Part shown: in pieces, positions 38,042-46,053 of the stretch | Position numbering within the stretch: position 1 is the stretch's first letter | Layout: every line of letters begins with the position of its first letter | Assembly: GCA_052387955.1 (NCBI GenBank) | Contig: JBQTIQ010000018.1 | Span: 1,994 to 65,993, forward strand | Source: Acidimicrobiia bacterium | GTDB taxonomy: Bacteria > Actinomycetota > Acidimicrobiia > Acidimicrobiales > JACDCH01 | Length of the DNA: 64,000 bases | Direction: 5' to 3' | The notes under the pieces: model-generated | Seen by the model: the letters and a program-made list of their open reading frames with translations, nothing else | The model's database searches: none | What the model was told of the DNA's origin: nothing | Program-made: the position numbers and the translations under genes

Positions 38042-39408
38042 TGCCGGCCGGCGAGACCCGCATGCCGGCGCCGGGGGAGGGCCCGGCCCAGGCCGAGGCC
38101 GCCGCCAAGGGGGGACGGGCCAGGGTCCAGCGGGTGCGGGTGGTGGTCGTCGACTACGACGGCGGGGACATGACCCGCCGCTGCCTGCGGTCCCTGGCCG
38201 CCACCGAGTGGGACGGTGAACTCGAGATCGTCCTGGTCGACAACGCTTCACCGCACCCGTGCACCGAGCTGGTGCAGGCCGAACTGCCCGTCGTGCGGCT
38301 GGTCCGGTCGCCGGTCAACGCCGGCTTCGGTGGCGGCTGCAACCTGGGCATCGAGGCGTTCGGGGGCCTGGAGGCCTGCGATGCCGTCGCCTTGGTCAAC
38401 AACGACGCCGTGGTCCCTGCGGGCTGGTTGGCTCCGTTGGTGACGGCCCTCGACGAGGGCCCGGCCCGGGGGGCGGCGTGCCCCAAGATCATGTTCCCGG
38501 GCGCCTACCGACGCCTCGAGCTGCGAGCACCGGCCGATCGGCGGGGGCGGGTGGACCGCCGCCTCGTCGGTGTGCGGCTCTACGAGGTGGACGTGCCCGG
38601 GGGCAGGGCGCATCGGGTGACGGGATTCTTCGGCCCCGAGCGCGACCGCCACGGGGCCTTCGAGTGGACCGGCACCCGGGCGCTGCTGCAGGTCGGCGCC
38701 GGCGCCGGGCCGGTGACCCGCTGCCGCCTGCGGCTGGGCGCCGACCGGGCCACCCCGGTCACCGTGCATGCCGGCGGCGTGCCCGTGGTCGTCGAGGTCG
38801 GGCCCGGACCGGTGTGGGTGGAGGCCGACGTCGTCGGTCCCCGGGAACGGGTGGTCAACAACGCCGGCAACGAACGCCGGCCCGACGGCTACGGCGTCGA
38901 CCGGGGCTTGTACCAGCGCGACGACGGCCGGTTCGACCTCGAAGAGGACATCGGTGCCTGGTGCGGGGGAGCGGTGCTGCTGCGGGCCGACTACCTACGG
39001 GCCTGCGGCCTCTTCGACGAGCGGTTGTTCCTCTACTACGAGGACCTCGATCTCTCCCTCCGGGGGGCAGCTCGGGGATGGAGCTACCGGTTCGTGCCGG
39101 CCAGCATCGTCGACCACGACCACGGCGCCAGCGCCGCCAAGGTGGCCGGCACCGCCGAGCGGCTGAAGGAGCGCAACCGGCTGCTGGTGCTCACCCGCCA
39201 CGGCTCGGGCCGGCGCCTGGCCCACCAGGTGGTGCGCTACGTGCTGGTCACCTTGTCCTACCTGCGTCGCGACGTCGTGGCCGCCGCCGTCGAACACCGC
39301 CCGGTCGACACCGCCGTCGTCTCCCGCCGCCTACGTGCCCTGGCCGGCTGGGCTCGCCTGGCGCCGGCGTTCTGGCGGGACGGCCGACGGGACCGCGGTC
39401 GCCGCTGA
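38041..39408 (+). CDS. Family-2 glycosyltransferase
   Basis: Real part of ORF 37021..39408. Motifs VVVVDYDGGD, VDNAS, NAGFGGGCN and YYEDLDLSLR. The start ATG overlaps the rmlD stop (TGATG). Confidence 0.75.
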   Translation: MPAGETRMPAPGEGPAQAEAAAKGGRARVQRVRVVVVDYDGGDMTRRCLRSLAATEWDGELEIVLVDNASPHPCTELVQAELPVVRLVRSPVNAGFGGGCNLGIEAFGGLEACDAVALVNNDAVVPAGWLAPLVTALDEGPARGAACPKIMFPGAYRRLELRAPADRRGRVDRRLVGVRLYEVDVPGGRAHRVTGFFGPERDRHGAFEWTGTRALLQVGAGAGPVTRCRLRLGADRATPVTVHAGGVPVVVEVGPGPVWVEADVVGPRERVVNNAGNERRPDGYGVDRGLYQRDDGRFDLEEDIGAWCGGAVLLRADYLRACGLFDERLFLYYEDLDLSLRGAARGWSYRFVPASIVDHDHGASAAKVAGTAERLKERNRLLVLTRHGSGRRLAHQVVRYVLVTLSYLRRDVVAAAVEHRPVDTAVVSRRLRALAGWARLAPAFWRDGRRDRGRR

Positions 39409-39419
39409 CGTCGTCCCGC

Positions 39420-40445
39420 TCACAGCCAGCGACGGGCCACCCGCCAGTAGGCCCTCAACCCGGCGTTGACCGGCCCGAACCACGCCGGCGGGGGCAGGTT
39501 GCCGGGCAGGAGGTCGACCGAGAAGAGGTCGGCGAAGTCCCGCTCGGAGCGGGCCCGGTCAGCCTGGACCTGCCGGCGCCGGCCGGCCACCTCTCGGCGG
39601 TGCGACACCAGCCAGCGCCATCCGGCCGCCTTCTGGCGGCCCCAGCCCTGGGCCACGGCCATCGCCGTCACGCCGGCTTCGACCACCGCCAGCATCGGTG
39701 CCAGCACCACCAACGTCCTGGCGGAATAGCAGGTCAGCACCATCATCAGCCGGTTGCGCTCGAGCAGGAAGAACTTCTCGGGCCGGCGGGTGAACTCGTA
39801 GCGGTGCCGGACGACAGCCCCGGGGGTGAACACGACCCGCAGTCCCCGCTGCCAGCACCTCATGGAGAGCTCGGCATCCTCGTAGTAGGCGAAGAAGCGG
39901 TCCTCGAAGCCGCCCAGGTCGTCCCACACCTGCCGCCTCAGGGCGCAGGCGGCCCCGCTGGCGGCGAACACGTCCCGTTCGCGGTCGCGGCTGGCGGCCG
40001 GCTGGCCGAACGAGCCCGACCACGAGATGCCCGAGGGGTGGACCTCGTTGCCGGCCGAGTTCAACAGCTCGGGCCGGTCCGCCAGCCGGACGCTGGCGGT
40101 GGCGATCCCGACCCCGGGCCGTGACGCGACCTCGGCCAACGCGGCCAAGGCCTGAGCGTCGACCAGAGCATCAGGGTTGATCAGGGCGACGACGTCCCCG
40201 TTCGAGGCCGCGACCCCGGCGTTGCAGCCACCGGCGAAGCCGAGGTTGGCCCCCGGCCGCACGATCACCGCGCTGGTGGCGCCCGCCACCCGGTCCACCC
40301 CCCCGTCGGTGCAGCCGTTGTCGACGACCACCACCTCGACGTCGGCGCCCTCCGACGCCAGGCACCGCTCGACCGCCGCTTGGAGCCACTCCTCGGCCCC
40401 GAAGGCGACCACGATGGCGCTCACTCGGGGCCGGGCGCCGCTCAT
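39420..40445 (-). CDS. Family-2 glycosyltransferase
   Basis: Motifs VSAIVVAFGAEEWL, VVVDNGCTDG, NLGFAGGCN and YYEDAELSMR. Confidence 0.8.
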   Translation of the reverse strand: MSGARPRVSAIVVAFGAEEWLQAAVERCLASEGADVEVVVVDNGCTDGGVDRVAGATSAVIVRPGANLGFAGGCNAGVAASNGDVVALINPDALVDAQALAALAEVASRPGVGIATASVRLADRPELLNSAGNEVHPSGISWSGSFGQPAASRDRERDVFAASGAACALRRQVWDDLGGFEDRFFAYYEDAELSMRCWQRGLRVVFTPGAVVRHRYEFTRRPEKFFLLERNRLMMVLTCYSARTLVVLAPMLAVVEAGVTAMAVAQGWGRQKAAGWRWLVSHRREVAGRRRQVQADRARSERDFADLFSVDLLPGNLPPPAWFGPVNAGLRAYWRVARRWL

Positions 40446-40524
40446 GGCGCCCTACATTGCTCCATCGACCGGCCCGGGGGTCACCGTCGGCGCCTCCGGG
40501 CCGGCGGTAGTCTCGTCCCGCACC

Positions 40525-41286
40525 GTGGGAGGCGCCGCCCTGTCCGACCTGCTCGCCGTCGTGCCTGCACTGAACGAGGAGTCCACGGTGGCCGGCGTGG
40601 TGCGGGGCGCGATCGAGCTACTGGGCTGCGACGTGCTGGTGGTGGACGACGGCTCGGCCGACGCCACCGGCCGGGCGGCGCGGGCCGCCGGCGCCCATGT
40701 GCTTACCCACCCGTTCAACCTGGGCGTCGGTGCCGCCGTGCGCAGCGGGATCCGCTTCGCCGTCGAACGGGGCTACCACGCCGTCGTGCAGCTCGACGCC
40801 GACGGCCAGCACGACCCGGCCGAAGCGGTGCACCTCGTCGAACGACTGGGGAGGACCGGGCCGGAGGCCGCCGACGTGGTGGTGGGCAGCCGCTTCGCCG
40901 CCGGCTACGACGCGGGCCGGTGCCGCCGGGTGGTCATGCGGTGGCTGGCACGCTCGGTCCGGCGCCGCCTCGGGACCCCGATCACGGACGCCACCAGCGG
41001 ATTTCGGGCCTTCGGCCCCCGAGCCCTCGACCGCTATGCGCTCTCCTACCCCAGCGAGTACCTCTCCGACACCGTCGAAGCCCTCCTGCTGGCGGCCGAG
41101 GCGGGCCTGGTGGTGGCCGAGGTCCCCGTCCGCATGCGCTCCCGCCAGGGCGGGCAACCCTCGTCAGGCCGGATGAGCAGCATGTTCCACCTCCTGCGCC
41201 TCGGCCTGATCATCCCCCTCCACCGGGTCCGCCGGCCCCTCGACGGCCGCGGGCCTTCGCCGTACGCCCGTCCCGAGCGGCCCTGA
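40525..41286 (+). CDS. Polyprenol-phosphate glycosyltransferase (GtrB/DPM1-like GT2)
   Basis: Motifs AVVPALNEE, VVDDGSADAT, QLDADGQHDP and TSGFRAF. The GTG start at 40525 is proposed; an ATG at 40444 is the alternative. Confidence 0.7.
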   Translation: MGGAALSDLLAVVPALNEESTVAGVVRGAIELLGCDVLVVDDGSADATGRAARAAGAHVLTHPFNLGVGAAVRSGIRFAVERGYHAVVQLDADGQHDPAEAVHLVERLGRTGPEAADVVVGSRFAAGYDAGRCRRVVMRWLARSVRRRLGTPITDATSGFRAFGPRALDRYALSYPSEYLSDTVEALLLAAEAGLVVAEVPVRMRSRQGGQPSSGRMSSMFHLLRLGLIIPLHRVRRPLDGRGPSPYARPERP

Positions 41287-41287
41287 C

Positions 41288-41704
41288 GTGAGCCGGCTCG
41301 AGGCGTTCCTTCTGGCCGGGGGGCTGTTCAACCTGGTGGCCGTGGTCGAGTTCGTGCGCCGCCGCAAGCTGCAGGAGGGCTTTGCCCTGCTCTGGGTGCT
41401 GGTCAGCGCGCTGGGCCTGGTGGCGGTGCTGGCCCGCTCCCAGCTCGACCGCCTGGCCCGGGCCGTGGGCGTCGCCTACGGCGCCACACTCTTCCTGGCC
41501 CTCGGGATCGTGTTCCTGCTGTTCGTGTGCATGAGCCTGTCCCTGCACGTGTCGCGCCTTCACCGTCAAGTAGAGGTCCTGGCTGAGGAGATCGCGTTCC
41601 TCCGGGGTGTCGCCGAGCCCGACGCCACCGCCGAACGGCCCGGGCCCGCCTTCAGCGCCCCGGCCGAGCGGCCCGGGGCCGCGGCCGGCGACCCCGCGCG
41701 TTAG
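41288..41704 (+). CDS. DUF2304-like small membrane protein
   Basis: Two or three TM helices with the segment VAVVEFVRRRKLQEGFALLWV. It sits in the usual genomic position, directly after a GtrB-like GT. Confidence 0.55.
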   Translation: MSRLEAFLLAGGLFNLVAVVEFVRRRKLQEGFALLWVLVSALGLVAVLARSQLDRLARAVGVAYGATLFLALGIVFLLFVCMSLSLHVSRLHRQVEVLAEEIAFLRGVAEPDATAERPGPAFSAPAERPGAAAGDPAR

Positions 41705-41718
41705 CTTCCCGCCCCGCT

Positions 41719-42525
41719 ATGGCCTCCGTCTCGGAGCTGTGGACCTACCGCAGCCTCATCGTCAACCTGACGTCGCGCGAGCTGAAGGGGAAGTACAAGA
41801 AGAGCGCCCTGGGCTGGTTCTGGTCGCTGTTGAACCCGGCCGTCAGCCTGGCCATCTACACGCTGGTCTTCGGCGCCCTGCTCAAGGTGGTGCCGCCGGT
41901 GGCGGGCAACGGCGAGCTCAAGTCGTTCGCCCTGTTCCTGTTCGCCGCCCTGGTCATGTGGAACCTGTTCAGCGCCGTCGTGACCGGCGCCATGGGCGCC
42001 CTGATCGCGGCCGGCCCGCTGCTCAAGAAGGTGTACTTCCCCCCCGAGTGCCCCCCGCTGGCCAACACGCTGGCGGCCCTGTTCCAGGCTGGCCTGGAGA
42101 TCATGATCCTGGTCGTGGCCCTGGCCGTGGTGGGCAACCTCGGACTGACCGCCGTGGCGGTCCTGCCGGTGCTGGCGCTTCTGGCCGCCTTCTCGGTCGG
42201 GATCGGGCTCCTGCTCAGCCTGGCCAACGTCTACTACCGCGACGTCAACCACCTCACGGCCATCGGGCTGCAGCTCCTCTTCTACGCCACCCCGATCATC
42301 TACCCGTTCTCCTTCGTCCAGGAGCGGGCACCGGGATGGATCGTCCAGGCGTGCACGATCAGCCCCATGACCCAGTTCGTGGAGGCGTCCCGCGACGTCT
42401 TCTACCGCCAGCAGGTCCCCTCCCTCGGCCGCTGGGCCGGTCTGCTGGCCGCCGGCGTCGTCTCCCTGGGGGTCGGCTGGACCGTGTTCCACCGGGGCGC
42501 CCGTGACGTGAGCGAGGAGTTGTGA
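41719..42525 (+). CDS. ABC-2 type polysaccharide exporter permease (Wzm/TagG/RfbD-like)
   Basis: N-terminus YRSLIVNLTSRELKGKYKKSALGWFWSLLNP followed by six TM helices. Confidence 0.85.
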   Translation: MASVSELWTYRSLIVNLTSRELKGKYKKSALGWFWSLLNPAVSLAIYTLVFGALLKVVPPVAGNGELKSFALFLFAALVMWNLFSAVVTGAMGALIAAGPLLKKVYFPPECPPLANTLAALFQAGLEIMILVVALAVVGNLGLTAVAVLPVLALLAAFSVGIGLLLSLANVYYRDVNHLTAIGLQLLFYATPIIYPFSFVQERAPGWIVQACTISPMTQFVEASRDVFYRQQVPSLGRWAGLLAAGVVSLGVGWTVFHRGARDVSEEL

Positions 42526-43799
42526 GCGCCGCCGAGGCCGCCATCGAGGTGGTCGACGTCTCCAAACGGTTCCGCCTCTACCGGGACCGGCCCACGTCGC
42601 TCAAGGAACGCTTCACCAAGCGCCGCCAGTCCTCCCACGAGGACTTCTGGGCGCTGCGCGACGTCTCCCTCACGGTGCCCCGGGGCAGCTCGTTCGGCCT
42701 GATAGGCCACAACGGCTCGGGCAAGTCGACCCTCCTGCGGCTCATGGCCGGCATCCATCGGCCCACCACCGGCTCGGTCACCGCCCGGGGCCGGATCTCC
42801 GCCCTGCTCGAGCTCGGCGCGGGCTTCCACCCCGAGCTGACGGGCCGGGAGAACGTCTATCTGAACGGTTCGATCCTGGGGCTGTCGCGCCGTGACCTGC
42901 GCACCAAGATCGACGAGATCATCGAGTTCGCCGGCCTGGAGGAGTTCGCCGACTCGCCGGTCAAGATCTATTCCAGCGGCATGTACGTACGGTTGGGCTT
43001 CTCGGTGGCCGTGCACGTCGACCCCGAGCTGCTCCTGATCGACGAGGTCATCGCCGTCGGCGACGAGGATTTCCAGCGCCGCTGCTTCGACCACCTCTAC
43101 AAGCTGCGACGGGCGGGGACCACGGTGGTGCTGGTCACCCACAGCCTCGGGCTCATCGAGCGCATGTGCGACCACGGCGCCTGGCTCGACCACGGTGTGC
43201 TGCAGCTCGAAGGCGCCGGCGCCGACGTCGTCCAGAAGTACATGAGCAGGGTGAACGCGGCCGAGAAGGTCCGGCTCGAAGAGTCCGCCGACGCCGCCGG
43301 GACGGCCACCGAGCCGACGGCGGGGGAGGGGACGACGGCGGCCGTCGCTCGCGAGGCCGTGATCCTGGGCGTCGAGCTCTTCGACCGCTACGGGGAGGCG
43401 ACCACCACCGCCCGATCGGGCGAGGCCCTGGTCATCCGGGTGCGCTTCCGGGCGATCGTGCCCCTCGACGAGCCGGTCGTCGGCCTGGGGTTCTTCCATG
43501 AGGGCGGCGCCCACCTGGCCGGCCCGAACACCCGCCACGGCGGCATCCGACTTGGCCTCGCGACCGGCGAGCGGTCGGTCGACTACGCCTTCGACGCTCT
43601 GCCCCTGCTGCCGGGTACCTATCGGATCTCGGCCGCGGTCGCCGACTGGAGCACGACGCACCTCTACGACCACGTCGACGATGGATGTGCCCTCCACGTG
43701 CAGCCCGGTTCGGTCACCGAGCAGTACGGGTTCGTGACCCTCGGCGGCAAGTGGGAACTTCCGGCGGCTGCGCGGCGTCAAGACACCGATGACCGGTAA
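42522..43799 (+). CDS. ABC polysaccharide exporter ATP-binding protein with C-terminal carbohydrate-binding-like domain (Wzt/TagH-like)
   Basis: Motifs GHNGSGKST, YSSGMYVRLGF and LLLIDEVIAVGD, plus an ~170-aa C-terminal beta-rich extension. The GTGA overlap is at 42522. Confidence 0.85.
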   Translation: MSAAEAAIEVVDVSKRFRLYRDRPTSLKERFTKRRQSSHEDFWALRDVSLTVPRGSSFGLIGHNGSGKSTLLRLMAGIHRPTTGSVTARGRISALLELGAGFHPELTGRENVYLNGSILGLSRRDLRTKIDEIIEFAGLEEFADSPVKIYSSGMYVRLGFSVAVHVDPELLLIDEVIAVGDEDFQRRCFDHLYKLRRAGTTVVLVTHSLGLIERMCDHGAWLDHGVLQLEGAGADVVQKYMSRVNAAEKVRLEESADAAGTATEPTAGEGTTAAVAREAVILGVELFDRYGEATTTARSGEALVIRVRFRAIVPLDEPVVGLGFFHEGGAHLAGPNTRHGGIRLGLATGERSVDYAFDALPLLPGTYRISAAVADWSTTHLYDHVDDGCALHVQPGSVTEQYGFVTLGGKWELPAAARRQDTDDR

Positions 43800-43935
43800 G
43801 GTGCACATGGCGGTGATGTGACGACATGTCTCGGGATTGTCTCGTGATTGCCCCGCGGATCATCGACCCGGCGTCCGTGCTTCGGTACCATGCCCCTCCG
43901 CCGGGTGCGACGGAAAGGTGCGAGGGAGACCCTTC

Positions 43936-45654
43936 ATGGCCCTAGCCACGAACGATGAGCAGGCCCTCGTCCTGGCGCACCGGCGAGGCGACGACTCCGC
44001 GTTCACCGAGATCGTCCAGTCCTACACCGACGGCCTCTACGCCCATGCCCGCCGGCGCCTGCGCGACTCGGACCTGGCTGGCGACGCCCTGCAGGAGACG
44101 TTCCTGAGGGCCTATCGCAGCATCGACCGCCTCGGCGGCGAGATGCGGCTGGGGGCCTGGCTGCACCGCATCTGCGACAACGTCTGCACCGACATCGGCA
44201 ACCGGCGCCGCCGCGACGACGCCGTGGTCGAGCGCCTCGGGTCCGAGCCCGGCCAGGTCGTGGCCCTGTTCCCGGACCTCGACCTGAGCGACGACGTGCG
44301 CGCCGCACTGGCCACGCTGCCGGTGGAACACCGCGACACGGTCGTGCTGCGTGCGGTCGAAGACCTGTCGTTCCGCGACGTCGCCGAGCTCACCGGCACC
44401 TCCGAGACCAACGCCCGTGCCCGGTTCCACCGCGGCCGGCGGGCGCTGCGCCACCTGCTCGACCTGAAGAGCGGCTCGCTCGCCCTCTACGCGCTGGTCC
44501 TGCGGGTGCGGTTCCCCCGCAGCCGCACGGGCGCAGTGGTGTCGGGAACCGCGCCGGCGCCGGCGCCGGCGGCCAGCGCCGGGTTGGCGCCGGTTGCCTC
44601 CAGCGCACCGGTCACCGCCCTGCCGGGCTCGCTGCCGGCCACGCTCGTCCCGATCTCCTCCACACCGGCGGCGCTACCCACGGTCACCTTCATCGAGGCC
44701 GCGGCGGTGACCGCCGACAAGGTCCCGGCCCTCACCAAGATGGCCGCCGCCCTGGTGGGCAGCATGCCCCTGGCCGCCGGGGTACCAGCGGCGGTGATGC
44801 CCCCCCCGGCGCCGCCCGCGGTCGAGGTCGTGGTCGCGTCCCCGTCCGAGTTCGCCGCGGCAGCGTCGCTGGCGCCGAGCGCCGATACCGCCGCCGCCCC
44901 CGGTGCCGTCGGTGCCTTGACCGCCGGCGCGATCCCGTCCGGCACCGATGCCGACAAGGCTCGGTCCGTGGACGCGCCCTCGACGCTCGATCTGACGCTG
45001 GTCCCCGGGCGGACCGGGGCCACCGGTGACCCGTCGGGCCCGAGCTCCGGCACCACCGTCCCGACCGGCTCGCCGCTCGATGCGTCGTCGTCGCCCGACG
45101 GCTTCGACGCCGAGGACGCCACGGCCGGCCCCGATGTCACCGGCCCAGCCGACGGCAGCGCGACGGCCGGCGACGAGGGCCCCGCCGGCCCCGTGAGCTC
45201 CGGTGGCACGGGTACGACCGGCCCCGACGACGGCTCCGGCGCAGACCCGGTGGCCCCCGGCGGGGCCCCGGCAGCCGACTGGGCCGACGGCGCCACGGTG
45301 CGGGGCGAGGTCCGGGCCACCGAGCTCAACGACGGCTGGACCAGCCTGAACGGCATGGTGGCGGTGTACGTCGACGGAGAGCGGGCCCAGGCCGTCGAGG
45401 CCCAGTGCGCTTACTCGTCGGTGTCCGGCGCCGGCGGTTGCCGCCTCCTCTTCGAGGACGGGACCGTCATCGCCGTCACCATCGACCCCGACGGGGCCGC
45501 CGGCGAGATCCCGGCCACCCTGACCGGCGGCTACACGGTCGAGCAGAGCGACGATGCCGCCATCGGCGACGCCGGCACGGCCGTCGTGGTCCTCGAGGAC
45601 GGCGGCGAGCCCGGCCTCGTCCTGCTCGCGGTCACCCTCTACCCGGAGGCGTAG
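43936..45654 (+). CDS. ECF sigma factor fused to an ~390-aa C-terminal extension
   Basis: Region 2 (ALQETFLRAYRSIDRLGGEMRLGAWLHRICDNVC) and region 4 (LPVEHRDTVVLRAVEDLSFRDVAELTGTSETNARARFHRGRRAL). These are followed by an Ala/Pro-rich region with one candidate TM segment (MAAALVGSMPLAAGVPAAVM) and an ~110-aa globular end. The RBS gagggag precedes the ATG at 43936. Confidence 0.75.
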   Translation: MALATNDEQALVLAHRRGDDSAFTEIVQSYTDGLYAHARRRLRDSDLAGDALQETFLRAYRSIDRLGGEMRLGAWLHRICDNVCTDIGNRRRRDDAVVERLGSEPGQVVALFPDLDLSDDVRAALATLPVEHRDTVVLRAVEDLSFRDVAELTGTSETNARARFHRGRRALRHLLDLKSGSLALYALVLRVRFPRSRTGAVVSGTAPAPAPAASAGLAPVASSAPVTALPGSLPATLVPISSTPAALPTVTFIEAAAVTADKVPALTKMAAALVGSMPLAAGVPAAVMPPPAPPAVEVVVASPSEFAAAASLAPSADTAAAPGAVGALTAGAIPSGTDADKARSVDAPSTLDLTLVPGRTGATGDPSGPSSGTTVPTGSPLDASSSPDGFDAEDATAGPDVTGPADGSATAGDEGPAGPVSSGGTGTTGPDDGSGADPVAPGGAPAADWADGATVRGEVRATELNDGWTSLNGMVAVYVDGERAQAVEAQCAYSSVSGAGGCRLLFEDGTVIAVTIDPDGAAGEIPATLTGGYTVEQSDDAAIGDAGTAVVVLEDGGEPGLVLLAVTLYPEA

Positions 45655-45910
45655 CGTCCTCTTGGCGGTCACCCTCTGGGCCAGGGCGTAGTTCGTACCC
45701 AGCCGAGCCCAAGCCCTGTGGCATCGGGGTGCCGGCGGGACGAGCCCGACGATGTCACGAAAGTGAGCCGTCAGGGGTTGTAACGGGTGCTCGGTCTTCC
45801 GCTCACTCCGGTTTGTCTAACGGGGCGGGTGGGCGCCGGCACCGTCATCCGCCGCCTCGGCGGGGGGCGGGGGCTTCACCCGCGGTTGTGCCGGCAGGGG
45901 CCGAGCCCAG

Positions 45911-45938
45911 GGGAACCCCGGTGGTCAGCAACGTTGCT
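45911..45938 (+). promoter_or_regulatory. Candidate ECF-type promoter (GGAAC-N15-CGTT) overlapping a perfect 14-bp palindrome
   Basis: gggaaccccggtggtcagcaacgttgctg, where cagcaacgttgctg (45925-45938) is a perfect palindrome. It lies about 120 nt upstream of the S-layer-like gene start. Confidence 0.25.
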
Positions 45939-46053
45939 GGCCGTCGGATGTACCCCGGGTAAGGTCCCGAACGCTCAGCGCGGGCGGCGCCCAACCGAGG
46001 TAGGCGGCCGGCGGGTCACCGATGCCCCGAACCCAATAGCCCAGGAGGCTGAA

